Source: Amoebidium appalachense (Eukaryota > Protista > Ichthyosporea). Taken from it: DNA of 64,000 bases. The notes under the pieces are model-generated. The model was not told where the DNA came from and searched no databases. It saw nothing but the letters and a program-made list of their open reading frames with translations. Below, piece by piece: positions 1 through 30,390 of the stretch (its first letter is position 1; each line of letters opens with the position of its first letter). The stretch lies in contig CAVNZM010000001.1 of the NCBI GenBank assembly GCA_963693365.1, forward strand, positions 8,138,907 through 8,202,906, in the 5' to 3' direction. The translations under genes were made by a program, and so were the position numbers.

Positions 1-34
1 TCTCTCTCTCTCTCTCTCTCTCTTTCTTTTTCCT

Positions 35-78
<44 letters not shown>

Positions 79-139
79 GCGCCTGTTGTTTTGCTTGTCA
101 TTTGTTGTTCTGGTTGATTACCTGTAATCTTCGCTTATT

Positions 140-174
<35 letters not shown>

Positions 175-239
175 TGTGCGGGGTTGCACATACCGGTGTC
201 TACTTTTCTTCTTACTGTTTTTCTCTCCACACACTTCAT

Positions 240-491
240 CTGTCCACTTCTGCATACCCCCTTTCATAGCTATAGACACACTTCACACATTGCGTTACGC
301 GCACGCATGCACACACCGCTCTGTTGGCGACAGCTCCCTTGGAACCCATGCGGCATGTTACCCGCCGGCGTAACATAACTCGGACTATCAGTTTGGCTTT
401 TTTCAAGCCCAAAGCAATGGGTGATACCATATTTCCGGCTGACATCCGGGGGCATAGCTTTCCGTTCGAAGACGATAAAGTTCCGCCCTAG
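240..491 (+). pseudogene. Decayed ORF fragment resembling the C-terminal (post-thumb) region of a Penelope-like reverse transcriptase
   Basis: The frame ending at TAG 489-491 reads ...RRRNITRTISLAFFKPKAMGDTIFPADIRG..., similar to the PLE 'VAYxRPKNLxDxL' motif. About 48 codons upstream, VHFCIP(fs)FHS resembles 'FHLPYHP'. It lies directly 5' of a ribozyme-like repeat copy. Recognised by eye only. Confidence 0.45.
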
Positions 492-727
492 TAAGCGTGT
501 TACTACCCTGCGGCGTGGGTCAAATCTCATATTTTCCCCTCTGATTACGAATTCTGTGGCCTTCGGGACTTAATTCTTTTCAGCTGGTGTAGTATGTTAG
601 CCAGGGAAGTATCGACTTAGGTATCGACGGGGGAGCTTCCTAGAAGCCCCGTCTCCTGAGTTCCTATCTATATTTTTCTTGCTTCTGCTTACTGCTGCAA
701 CTTTAACCCCCGGCCTTTCCCACTGCC

Positions 728-976
728 CTTGCCTGCATAAGCAACCCTGCTCGTCTCTGATCAAGACGGGTGACCTACTCATGTTCAAGTGAAACAGTAT
801 CTGAGTTGGGTTTCGTTAACGAGGGGAATAGGTCGAAACTCGGGTACTGTGGATGACGTGGGCCCCCCCTGAGGATGGGCTCTGCTTATTATGCATACTC
901 TTTATGTATGGCTTGCATTCTGCATCGTGTTATCCGTTTGTTCTTGTGTACTTCGTACTTTTTGACGCATTCAAAA
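728..976 (+). mobile_element. Dispersed repeat, subfamily A, full structured core plus tail ending at poly-C (putative PLE-derived element)
   Basis: Aligns with 55023-55286 and 12263-12500: gcataagcaaccctgctcgtc..aagacggg..gtcgaaactc..cctgaggatgggctctgctta..gtacttcgtac..cgcattcaaa followed by a C-run. Confidence 0.85.
736..889 (+). ncRNA. Structured RNA, candidate permuted hammerhead ribozyme
   Basis: GACCTA(772-777):TAGGTC(829-834) then GAAA 835-838; ACAGTATCTGAG:CTCGGGTACTGT stem; GUU 805-807; GGG:CCC; CUGAGGA 869-875; k-turn tca-agt-GA-a / g-GA-tga. Confidence 0.6.
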
Positions 977-1199
977 CCCCCCCCCCCCCCCCCCCCCCCC
1001 CTTTCCCCCATCCCCCATCCCCCCAGTTTTCCCTCCTGCGCCCCCTTTTCTTGACCTTATCACACACACAACACCAAAACACATTCACATAACACTGAAG
1101 GTGAGGTGATGCCTTCTGAACCTCTGCAAATGCAGTTCTATGCATGTGGCGCGGTGGCTTCTGTTGCCCCCCCCCCCCCTCCCCTTCCCCCCTTCTCCT

Positions 1200-1232
<33 letters not shown>

Positions 1233-1742
1233 TGAGGGCAAGCTTTATCGCACCATGTCCCTTTGTTCTAAGCCAACTGATGTGTTGATGTTGTAGGTCA
1301 AAGACCCGAAAAGGACCTGAACCCCCCCCCTCCCCTGGGGCTCCCTTTGCCATACAAGAATTTACAGCCAAACACACTCAAACTGCCACTTTTACGCCAA
1401 CAAACATTCAATGCACAGCATATCCCATCGTCTACTGCCTACTCCATTGCAATCACCAATTACAATATATCTAAGCACTGCTCTCATCTCACACAACATG
1501 TTTCATCAGCTCAACACCACCTCTTTAATCGCACACGCACACACTAAACCTTGCACACGCACTAAGCCTTGCACAAACAGATGCACGTACATGGATGCTC
1601 TTCAAACACGGGATATAATGATAAGGCAATACAAATACAGGAAACAACCATTCAAACACAAAACTTTTTGATCTCCCACAACCTATTCTCCATTTCACAC
1701 ACACACACGCACTAACCCTTACACACGCCTTTGCATTCACAG

Positions 1743-19287
<17,545 letters not shown>

Positions 19288-20525
19288 TTCTTATAGACGC
19301 GTGTTTTGAGTGGGCAGTGTGTTTTAACTCTTATAATGTGTGGCGGTCATTGGCTATTATGTGGTTACGTAAGCTCGGCCGGGAGTATTTGGGGGTTGGG
19401 TGTGACTGGCTTTTTGGGTAGGTGTACGCAAGGGCGACATGTCTGCACGTGTGTGGATTTTTTTTGGGAAGTCTATTAGTAGATTAAAAAGACCGTAAAC
19501 CGGTGCATGGTTTTGCATGCGGATCCGGTTAACCCCTAACAAAGAACAGGGCTAATATCGCGTACAGGGGTATCAATACATTGGAGCGAGATATTGTAAT
19601 CCCATAATACTAGCAATATGTGTAATCTAAATAATGATTATTGACTTTTAGAAATTGAAGAAATAATGGTCGTTATAAAGTATTTATAAACCCGGTCTTT
19701 AGAGCGTAGAGCTGGGCTGTTCACGTGCATGCATGCACATTTCTGCATCATTTTTCATGATCATGATCGCATAGTAAAAAACATAAGTCATGATGATTCG
19801 ATAGTATAAATGTGTTCTGCTTGTGTAATTGTGCTCGAGCTCAAACTCAGGGCCAGCTCACGTGAATCCGTTCGTGGATTTTAAGGTGTCCGTGTCTGTG
19901 CAATAAAGCCAGGCCCTCCGGCAGACTAAACATATCTATCTCTTCACAAAACCACACTTCATACTAGGATATCTCGGAGTAAACAGGGAGGATGCAGGGG
20001 GTGGGCAGGATAGTGAAATCGAGAGGTGGGGAGGGGGGGAGGGGGGGGGGGGGGGAGGGGGATACCAGCTAGGGGGAGGAGGGGGAGGGGGGAGCCTCCT
20101 TCCTCCCCCCCCACCCCCACCCCCACCCCCACCCCACCCCATCCCCTCGCCCTCCCCCGTCCCCTCACCGCACACACGTACACACACATACACACGCAAA
20201 CACATACAGACACTCATATATACACGCCCTTCTACATCTTGCCCTTTCTGTCTGTTCAACAACCCCCCTCCTTGCCTTCCCCTCCCCTCCCCCCCCCCCC
20301 CCCCCCCCCCCCTCCCCCCCCCCCCCCCGGCGCCTTCTCCCCCAGGGCCTTCCCCTGTACGTCGTCCCTCCCATTCCCTTCCAACCCCATCCCTTCAACC
20401 ACAACCACCGACACCTACCCAACCACACAATCACCTCCGCCTTTACTCCCAAACCCTTTTCACAAGGTCCTGATAAGAGATTGCAGATCTAATCTCAGTG
20501 ACAGCGGGGTGAGGGAGCCTTATGA

Positions 20526-20574
<49 letters not shown>

Positions 20575-20810
20575 ACCCACCCACCCCCCAGTGCACCCCC
20601 CCCACCCACCCACCCACCCACCCTTCCACACATCCACCCGGCACCCCTTCCACTCACCTACTTTTCCCGCCCCCGACCCTTCGAACGAACCGGTGGTCGT
20701 CACCTAGCCGGGCTTATGAGAGCATGCATCAAACACTCCAGGCACACCTTTGTACTGTGCATGTGCAAGGAAACACACTCGTACGACGTCGTGCGCGCAC
20801 GCGCGCGCGC

Positions 20811-20876
<66 letters not shown>

Positions 20877-21965
20877 GCCTTCACGCACAGCAGCACAACG
20901 GCACATCAAACACACGTGTTATGCGAAATTTCTGAACTGCTATCAATTCCTTAAAAAAAAGACTTTGGGAAGAGGGAGAAGGGTCTTTTTTTTTTTTTCC
21001 CTTTTTTTTTTTTCGGTGAGTGGATGGTGGGTTGGGGGGGGGGGGTGGGGAGGGGGGGGGGGGGGGGGGGGGGGGGGCAAAAAAAGAAGGGGACTCGTCA
21101 GAAAGTCATTTAAAGGCTCTATGACTTTACCTTTACGTTTCGTATGTGTGAGAGAGGGAAATCTTTTCGGATGTGGCCCAATATCGAAACACAACACAAA
21201 ATTCATGTTCCACAAAAGTGTGCTGTGGGCCGAGATACTCTTGGGATCCGAGCGAAGGCTTCGAGGAATCCTTCATTTTTTTTTGATTTTGATTGGACAC
21301 TTGTCAGTTACGTGGTCAAGGCAGCCCCAGGCCCCACAACCAATCTAGATGAAGGCCTTAGAGAGAGCCATTACCATTTAAGGACATACGCGTTACATCT
21401 CTACGGCCGGCCATCTAGCGCTTGTGGTGGTGTCGTGTGTGTGTGTGCATGTGTGTTTTGTGTTGTGCTCGCGTTTGTGTGTGTGCGTGTGTGTGTGTGT
21501 GTGCGTGTGTGTTTTGTGTGTGTTTAGAGAAGCAAAGAAAAAGGCTGACGGCCCTAAGTTGGCCGATGGGGCCTTGGGTCTTGTTTTTGTGCCTACATAC
21601 GTCTTCAAATCCATTCATGTGTGATAGTGTAGCCTAAAGTCTTAGAGAGTCATACCGAAATTACACCAGATATCCAAACAACAGCCGGGGAAGGAAAAGA
21701 AAGACATGTAATCTACAACAACCATTACGGTATTATCACGATAATTCTCAAAGTATTTACACGCTCAAAAGTATTTACACGCTCAAAGTATTTACACAAT
21801 TTCCCATCACCACATACAGCAATCTGTAAAGCATTTTAGGCAAAATCTTTCGTGCGTGCAGAATCAGCATCCTTTCAAATTTCATGGTTATTTATCATTT
21901 GGCATTTAGGTATTTATGGAACACCCTTATACGCAACGGCCTACGACACCCTTATACGCAACGGC

Positions 21966-23204
21966 CTACGACATTAACCCTTGCAGCTCGCGGAACAAAT
22001 CGTTAATGTTGAAGTCATCAAGGGCCCCGGGTTGATCCAGGCCTAGGTTGCCTGCCAAACCCCCGGGCCCGAGTTCTTCGCTCCCATTGGGCGCGCCAAG
22101 CCCTAAGAGCCCCAACGATTGGCCGCTCGCCGCCGCCGCCGCAGATCCGACAATCCCATTGGCTCCAAACCCACCCGTGCTCATTCCATATGGCGTACCG
22201 TTCAGGAAGGGGTCTTGCACGGAACCCATACCCATGGGCGCAAATCCACCCACTGCCGTTACTGGGTTAGGCGTAAGAACACCCGGCCAACCCGCGGCGG
22301 CGTGTGCATTGCTCGGATAACCAACATCGGGGGTGATGGGCAGAGACATGTCGAACGCAGACGGGCACGAGTTGGAACGGAGAAGAGGGAACGTGTCTCC
22401 CAAGGCGGAAAATGCCTGGGCGTCAAGAAGGCTTTCATACGAGTGTGCACCGTTAAAGTTCAGCCCGTTGCAGTCTACAAGCGGGTACGAAGAGAGCATT
22501 GGAGTGTCGAGGGATGGGGAAGGAGAAGTGTAGCCAAAACTCGTTGGGGAACCCGGAGAGTCGCTGAACGGTGTGCTGCAAGAGGAAGACAGCGAAGATT
22601 TGCGCCGGACCGGCCCGGCAGAGAAATTTGGCGCCTGTTGCTGTTGCTGTGTTGTGTGCGGGTGCTGGTGCGTGCTGTACAGGTTTCTGAACGGCGCGGG
22701 TGTTGGCTTGGTGTCTACCGTGCGCTCTTGCGGCTGTTGCTTCTTGATGGCCGGCAACGACAAAGTATCCTCTTCTTCATAGTCCTCGGGCTCCTCCTCC
22801 ACCGGCTCGAGTTTTGGATTGACCATGGCCCCCGGTTGCGAAGTGCCGGAAGTGGTTTGCAGCGAACTTTGCGCCTCCGTTGGTGTTGTGGCGGAGTCTT
22901 TCCCTTGCTCGCTACCGCTACCATCCGAAGGCGTCGAAGACCCAGAGTGCTTGATTCGCAAATGAAGGTTGAGTGCATGCTTGGAGGCATAACATCGCCC
23001 GCAGTCTGGGTGAGGGCACACAATGTCTCGGCTGAGTTCGGAAAACGCGCGGCGGCGTCTGGGCCTCCGCACCTTCATACCCTTGTCGTGGTGAGGGAAA
23101 TAGGAAATGAACTGGGGTCCGGTGCTTACGCCGTTGGGCGGTGCCATCCATTGGAATACCCCCATGGGCGGGGCAGGCAAGACCGGGGCATGTTTGAAAC
23201 CCAT
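21966..23204 (-). CDS. Single C2H2 zinc-finger transcription factor (RRPRRR-basic region plus finger, fungal Con7-like), intronless
   Basis: 412-codon ORF from ATG 23204. RRPRRRRAFSELSRDIVCPHPDCGRCYASKHALNLHLRIKH (finger 22947-23018) is followed by low-complexity S/P/G regions and an acidic-hydrophobic C-terminus. Confidence 0.88.
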   Translation of the reverse strand: MGFKHAPVLPAPPMGVFQWMAPPNGVSTGPQFISYFPHHDKGMKVRRPRRRRAFSELSRDIVCPHPDCGRCYASKHALNLHLRIKHSGSSTPSDGSGSEQGKDSATTPTEAQSSLQTTSGTSQPGAMVNPKLEPVEEEPEDYEEEDTLSLPAIKKQQPQERTVDTKPTPAPFRNLYSTHQHPHTTQQQQQAPNFSAGPVRRKSSLSSSCSTPFSDSPGSPTSFGYTSPSPSLDTPMLSSYPLVDCNGLNFNGAHSYESLLDAQAFSALGDTFPLLRSNSCPSAFDMSLPITPDVGYPSNAHAAAGWPGVLTPNPVTAVGGFAPMGMGSVQDPFLNGTPYGMSTGGFGANGIVGSAAAAASGQSLGLLGLGAPNGSEELGPGGLAGNLGLDQPGALDDFNINDLFRELQGLMS

Positions 23205-23482
23205 CACGGTGGTGTGGGTGGTGGTTGTGTTAAAGAGTTTTTGTTGTGTGCCGAAGAAACGAACTCAGAATAGCCGCATGCTGTAATATGGTTGGGGGGA
23301 GGCGGGTTGCTACTTAGTACCCACCACCTATTTCTGGGGTTGTATGAGCATATATGTAAATGGGGGCATATGTTCGTAATAGACCGAAAAGGGTACCCGC
23401 GCTATAATTAGGTGCAAGGGGTGAAACAGAGTGGGTGGCAGTACGGCATTCGGTTCAAGGCTCACTGGTTCCTCGCGCCGGG

Positions 23483-23526
23483 TTTTATACAGCCCCGGCT
23501 GAACCGCCAAAAGGACTTCTGATTGG
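23483..23526 (-). promoter_or_regulatory. Putative TATA box (GTATAAAA) with upstream CCAAT box for the C2H2 gene
   Basis: ttttatac at 23483-23490 and attgg at 23522-23526 on +, about 280 bp upstream of the ATG. Confidence 0.35.
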
Positions 23527-23805
23527 CATACACAATACAGGCGCTGCATTTGTATGATTTGTATCCAACCGAATCGCTTCTACTAATGGCGATATAATAA
23601 TGAGGAATTTGGGCGTCAGGCACAGAAAACCATACATAATAGTACAAAACTTGTACGTCATGAAAAGATTTATAGAATTTTTGGGCTTATATATGATTTT
23701 ATTTGTATTTTTGAAACAATAAGTTGCAAAATAACCGCTGTGTGTTCCGCAACATTGTTTTCAACACGATGAGCCTCTTCACAGCCTCTTTAGGTGGGAA
23801 CGATC

Positions 23806-23904
23806 TGATTGGATTCATATACAAGACGTCTGTGATTGGTCGCCCTAATTCTATCCAACTCTAATTTGATTGGTCACTTACTTAAGCTTCGAATTTCTGA
23901 TTGG
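23806..23904 (-). promoter_or_regulatory. Cluster of four co-oriented CCAATCA boxes
   Basis: tgattgg at 23806, 23833, 23867 and 23898. Confidence 0.45.
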
Positions 23905-24780
23905 TCCTTTGTGCTGGCGCGCACCAGAGGCGTTTCCCGCGCTTTTTCAGCTGCTGGCAGTGAATGCGCATGTATATGTGACTACTCTCAAAGGATGATT
24001 ATTAAGTGTGTAACATGTTTTACACAATTTAGTAACTCCCAAAAGAAAAGTACATCTCACTGGATTACAGCGAAACGTGGATGGTCGCCCGCTAACAAAA
24101 ACGTTCCCCACGCTTTCTTGTTTCGCCGAATGCGGAGGTGAGTCACGTGCGCATGCATGCGTCACAAACACAACTTGTTGGAAACCGTCATCCGCTCACC
24201 GGGTCTGCTTGCACTGTCAGGCTCTACGTTTCGGGGGGGTTCTTCACATATAGGGTTGCTAGGGGTGGTCGGTATTCTATATTCATGTACTCACGCCACA
24301 CTCCTATTCGAACGCCCTAGCTATAGATAGTAGCAGATATCAATAATGAAATATGTTACTTGCAATTGCAAGGTCTCAAGCTCCTGTACGTGTGCCTGCT
24401 ATCCAGTTCTATCTATCATCATATACTTGAAATCATTGACTGTCAGCGGCCTCAGTAGGCTAGAGGTAATAGCCGGCCGACCCCCCCCCCCCCCCCCCCC
24501 CCTCCCCTCCCCCCTCTGTCTCTCTCTCTCTCTCTGCCCCCCCCCCCCTCCCCCCTTCCCCCCCCCCCCCCCCCCTTCCCCCCTCCCCTTCCCCCCCACT
24601 GAGATCTCTCTCCCCGCCCCTCCCCTGGGTCCCTCCCGCCCCCTTCCCCCGGGGTCTTCCACATGTGCATGCACACACACACACACACACACATGTACTC
24701 GAACACACCCGCACACACGCGCGCACGCACACACACGCATACACGCACACACACACATTCGCCACATCAAGAGCGAGCGA

Positions 24781-25022
<242 letters not shown>

Positions 25023-25743
25023 CAGGGGGGGGGGGGGGAGGGGGGGGGGGGGGAGAGAGAGTCTCTCAGAGAGAGAGATATTAGTAGACGTCGACACGCG
25101 TACACACACCGCCACCATCGAGGCAGCATGACCTGCAAATGAGCGCCAGTCTTTTCCTTGTTACTATCTATACGGCAACTAGTACTCTCTTTGCATTGAC
25201 ATGTGCTGTAGCATATTATACCGAATTATGGCTTCGGTTTTAAACTTGGCCCCCACCGTCCCTTCCGTGCACATGGATGTCCCTTTCCTCTCCGAGTCGA
25301 CGGCCCTCTAGAAATATATCCTTTTTTGAGCACATCCACCTTCAAGTCCCCCCCTCCCCCTTCCCCCCACCCCCCACCCCCGGGGGGGGAGAAGGGGGGT
25401 GGGGGTGGAGGGGGGAGGGGGGAGGGAGGGGGGGAGGGGGGGGGGACCGGGGAAGCTCACCCCTGGTATTTTCAACTTCCCGCTTTCAACCAAAACGTTG
25501 ATAAATGACATGGCTTACCAACCGCCACATTATGATATTAACCTTTTTATCCCATCATCCCCCTTCCCCCTCCCCCCCCCCCCCCGGGCCTGCACCAACC
25601 TTTCCTCATACACACTCACATTGTGGCGCGCTGTGGCAGGTTCCCCCTTCCCCCCTCCCCCCCCTCCCCCCCCCCCCCCCCCCCCCCCTCCCCCCCCCTT
25701 CCCCCCCCGCGCGGGCCGGGGCTCCGCCACCAAACACACACAC

Positions 25744-25816
<73 letters not shown>

Positions 25817-25845
25817 TGTCAGACACACACCGAGCCCAACCACAT

Positions 25846-26272
25846 GCTCGGAGCAGAATTATTCTGCATAGGCAGAATTGTTCTGCTTAAGTCTAAATTA
25901 TTCTACAAAGGCAGAATTATCGGAAATTTCGCTCACGGCAGCAGAATAATTCTGTTTAAGTGCAGAATTGTTATTTGCAGAGTAATAACAATAACTCTGC
26001 AAACAACAGAATTATTCTGCTTTCAGCAGAATTGTTCCACAACTGAGCAGAATTAATCTGCTTTTTGCAGAATCATTCTGCCTTTATCAGAATAATCCTT
26101 CTAGATCTTTTAGCAGAATATTTCTGTTGTTTGCAAGATATTTCGGCTTAGCAGGATATTTCTGCATTTGCAGAATAATTCCTCTTTTGCTGCATGGTTC
26201 AGCTTGATTTGCTTTTAGAATAAGAAAATTGCAGGATAACTCTGCTCTATGCAGATTGATTCTGTTCAGAGC
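25846..26272. mobile_element. Foldback/MITE-like element built from about 20 degenerate copies of the palindrome GCAGAATNATTCTGC
   Basis: Palindromic 15-mer recurs about every 19-20 bp. Ends gctcggagcagaatt / gattctgttcagagc are inverted with 3 mismatches. Confidence 0.55.
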
Positions 26273-26559
26273 GAGTTGACTCTGCCAATGTGGTTGGGGC
26301 CTTGCCGATAGTGAGGCAACACAAATAAATAAATGTCTGACATACCGTACCCGATTTGCAGGGCATCGCATGCAGGTTATCGAAGGGATTTATTCCGACC
26401 TCTTCTGAATTAGGATTCTCGGCAATCTCCCCCCCGAGATGGGTGGGTGAGAGGGTGGGGGGCTCTTCCACTGAAAATTCCTTCTCTCTTTCCGCCCCAT
26501 GCTTCAAGGGTAATTGCCCCCCCCCCCCCCCCCCCCCCCCCCTCTCCCCCCCCCCTCTC

Positions 26560-26602
<43 letters not shown>

Positions 26603-26924
26603 CCATCCCACCATGGCCTACCAAAGCAACTGCGGCTGCATGCACTGTGCCACTTTGCCATATTCAAGTCTCTAGCCACACTGGCCGAACGAGAAGTCTT
26701 TGCGGCTCCTGGCATATACATCTGTTCAAAATATATCCTCCCTTTATTTCAGTTGATCATTTAAGTTTTTAATCGATAATATTTGATTATTAACACATAC
26801 ATGTACAGGTTTTAAGCCTTTTCCTCTCGTTACCCCTTAGGCTACCGTAATTCTCTTTGATCTTCGCCGAGTCATTTGTGTCCGTAATTTCGTCTGACCT
26901 CAGAGACCTCCAGCCTCTAGTGCC

Positions 26925-26960
<36 letters not shown>

Positions 26961-26972
26961 TCCCCCAACCGC

Positions 26973-27011
<39 letters not shown>

Positions 27012-27192
27012 AAAAAAAAAAAAAAAAACCCACCAAACCTCCACTTCAGAAACCCCCCCCACTACGCAACACACAAGCCAAATAACCCCATCCCCACTTG
27101 AGCCTGCCGACCCTCCCTTTCTCTACTTATGTTCAAGTATCCTTCTCAGGCTGTGTTTACCCTCGAGCATGCCTCTCTCGCTTTTTAATTTC

Positions 27193-27275
<83 letters not shown>

Positions 27276-27400
27276 GCCACACACACACACCCTTCGTTGT
27301 GGCACCATTACTGAAGCCTCCCGATCCCACCAACTGCCCACCGATTGCCAGTGCTGACTTGCCCCCCCAACCCCCAACCCCCTTGCCCCTCCCACCCCTC

Positions 27401-27435
<35 letters not shown>

Positions 27436-28443
27436 ACCCCCCTCCATTTTCCCCCTTCCCCCCCCCCCCCCCCCCCCCCCCCCCCGTTCCTCTTCAACCC
27501 ACCCACCCAACCACCCCCGTTGTGTTGCATTCTTGCCCCCCTCCCTCCCTGTTGAATGACTTTTCTGTTCTCACGTTGATCGAGTCGGAGTATTTTGGAA
27601 ACTTTGATCTGATGAGCCTTGTAAGGTACCAGTAGCCGCAATGCGCACATTCAGTGAGACTCATTGGTGTGTCAAACAACATCGGCAGCAATGCCAGCAG
27701 CTAATGTATTTACTAGTCACATTTACACTGTCGAACAGGAAATTACGTATAAACCCCCTATGGGGGTCTTTTCGTTCCTGGATATCTCTTTGCGGTTTGG
27801 CAAATGGTATCGTTGGATTGGTGCGTTTTTGAAGTTAAGCAAATTGGTGATTTAAGTGACTGGAGCGGCAAGCTTGCATATCAGAACCGCTATTATATGC
27901 CTCCGCATCGTTCAAGTAACTTAAGTCTCTTTAGACTCCGCAAACCAAGCACGATCGAACATTTCAAAGCACCAATAAAATGTTACGATATGCCATGCTC
28001 ACAACCTACTAGGCTCAAACGGGCGGTCTACCAATGGGTTGCCTCTAGATCAGTCCTGTTACCCAATCATAGTAGAGGGTTGTTTCTTTATCTTTAGATA
28101 CTGCAGGATCCGATCCGCTTTCGGAAGGCTTTTGGGGTTCGGCAACATAATGATTTGATTGGTTTTTTTTTCTGACAATTGTTCGGTATTTGTAAATGCG
28201 TGATTGGTTAGAGATTAGCTTCTTCGGAACTGCAACACATTATTATTCCAAATCTAATGCGACTAAAGCCACTGCCAACCAATCACGGATCCGCAAACAC
28301 CAAACAATCTAAGATTACTTTAAAGACGCCAATTTATAAAGTTTTGTATGGTACGATCTGCAGAACCGTACAGCAAAAGGAAGGGAAAGCCCCACAGACA
28401 CAGTTGGGATAGCAATCACGATCCTCCCCCCCCCTCCCCCCCC

Positions 28444-28489
<46 letters not shown>

Positions 28490-28626
28490 AGCCTCCTCCC
28501 ATCTTTTGCTAATACTCCAAAGATCCTCTAGGGGCTTGGTGACCCCAAGCCAGCTGGCGGATCGACAGAGTGTTCTGTTTTTCTTTGCGTGTGTGCGCAC
28601 GTGTGTGTGCGGGTGTGCGCGCGCAT

Positions 28627-28668
<42 letters not shown>

Positions 28669-28795
28669 CGTGCGTGTATGTGTGTGCGCGTGTGTGTGTG
28701 TGTGCGCACGCATGCGTGTGTGTGTGTGTGTGTGTGTGCGCGTGCGTGTGTGTGTGTGCGTGTGTGTGCGTGTGTGCGCGCGCATACGCGCGCGC

Positions 28796-28888
<93 letters not shown>

Positions 28889-29155
28889 AGGGGGGGAGGA
28901 GGGGAGAGGGGAAGTGTGCGTGTGCTCGCGCGTGTCACGGTTTGTATGCACATGTGTGTGCACGTGCCGTGTGTGTGTGTTTGAGCGTGTGTGTGCACGT
29001 GTGTGTTTGGGTGTGTGGGTGGGTGGGCCAGAGGTGGGGGGGAGGGGGGGAGGGGGGAGGGGGAGGAGGGAGGAGGTGTGGTGGTGGTGGTGGTGGCGGT
29101 AGGGGGGGGGGGGGGGGAGGAAGATTGGGTGGGACAGGGGGTGAGGAGGTAGGGG

Positions 29156-29189
<34 letters not shown>

Positions 29190-29715
29190 GGGTCTAAGGA
29201 ACGGCTCATTGCCGTCTAGAATCAAAGAGAGAGCTTTATATTTGGAATGATAGAACTGAGGCCCACTGTCCTGCAAGCTGCCATGTTTGCTCGCCAATGG
29301 CAAACACAGTGTTTGCACACCAAAAAATATTACAGTTGAAGGGATGACGCAAGATATCCTTTTGAGTTGTACAGAGCACATATTCGTGTGCTTGCCTTGC
29401 TTCCATAATCTATTATTGTACACATTAGATATACCTTGTTGGATATTCACGTCAACAAAACCAAGAAAAACCACATCAAATGATGTCTTCTGGGGTCATA
29501 TCTAATTTCGAATTCGCATATGTATGACCCCCCCCCCCCCCCCCCCCCCCCAAAAGCTAATTAATTGGATAGACTCCGAAATTCATTTCTCGCCAACACC
29601 CAGCCAACAACCAAAACACTACGAGTCTGAATATTCAGGTAGATATACTCCATTACAGCCAAGTCCAGTCTCGTTGATAAAGCATTTATTGACCATGCAG
29701 AATACAGTTCACATT

Positions 29716-29893
29716 CTAAATTCTTAGTCGGCAGATTGTAGAACATCCATACGCGCAGGGATGAATATCTAGGAATATTCAGGAATAACTAGGAATACCT
29801 CCCGTCCTAAATTCTTAGTTGACAGATAGTTTACATCCTTACGTTCAGGGCATGAATATCTAGGAATATCAAGGAATAACCAGAAATACCTCC
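29716..29893. repeat. Degenerate 91-bp tandem duplication
   Basis: ctaaattcttag...atgaatatctaggaatat..ggaataac..aatacctcc starting at 29716 and 29807. Confidence 0.8.
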
Positions 29894-30390
29894 TCGCGAA
29901 CGTCACCTAGTGTACTGTTAGGCAAAGCTGTATTTCTTACGCAGTTTCTGTATACCTAAATCGCAGGATTCCTGGCAGAGACATCTACAGTGTCTAACAT
30001 TTTGGTACCTGATCATGACAAAACATTCAAGCGCGTTCCCAGATTACCGCTCGTAAAGTTTTGATAATCTCCCCCCCCCCCCCCCCCACCCCCCCCCAAA
30101 AGTTAACTTCTATTCAATAAAATAGGTGTCGAGTAGTTCGCAATATCTATTCTCAGCAAAGATTGTACGCCAAACCAAAACATTGGAAAACGTGTGTGCG
30201 CGCCCTACACGCACGCCCGCGCGTGCACACACACGCACACAACGCGCGCGCGCGCACACACACACGCCCATATGTGCACACACACACCCACACGCACACG
30301 CGCCCACACACACATGCACAAGGGCAAAAAAAAAAAAAAAAATTCAACCACATAACCAAAAAAAAAAAAAAGCCAGCCTTTAGTGCGTAC

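Noticed and set aside
22119-23273. 384-aa + strand ORF
   Set aside because: Antisense shadow of the C2H2 gene; no recognisable domain.
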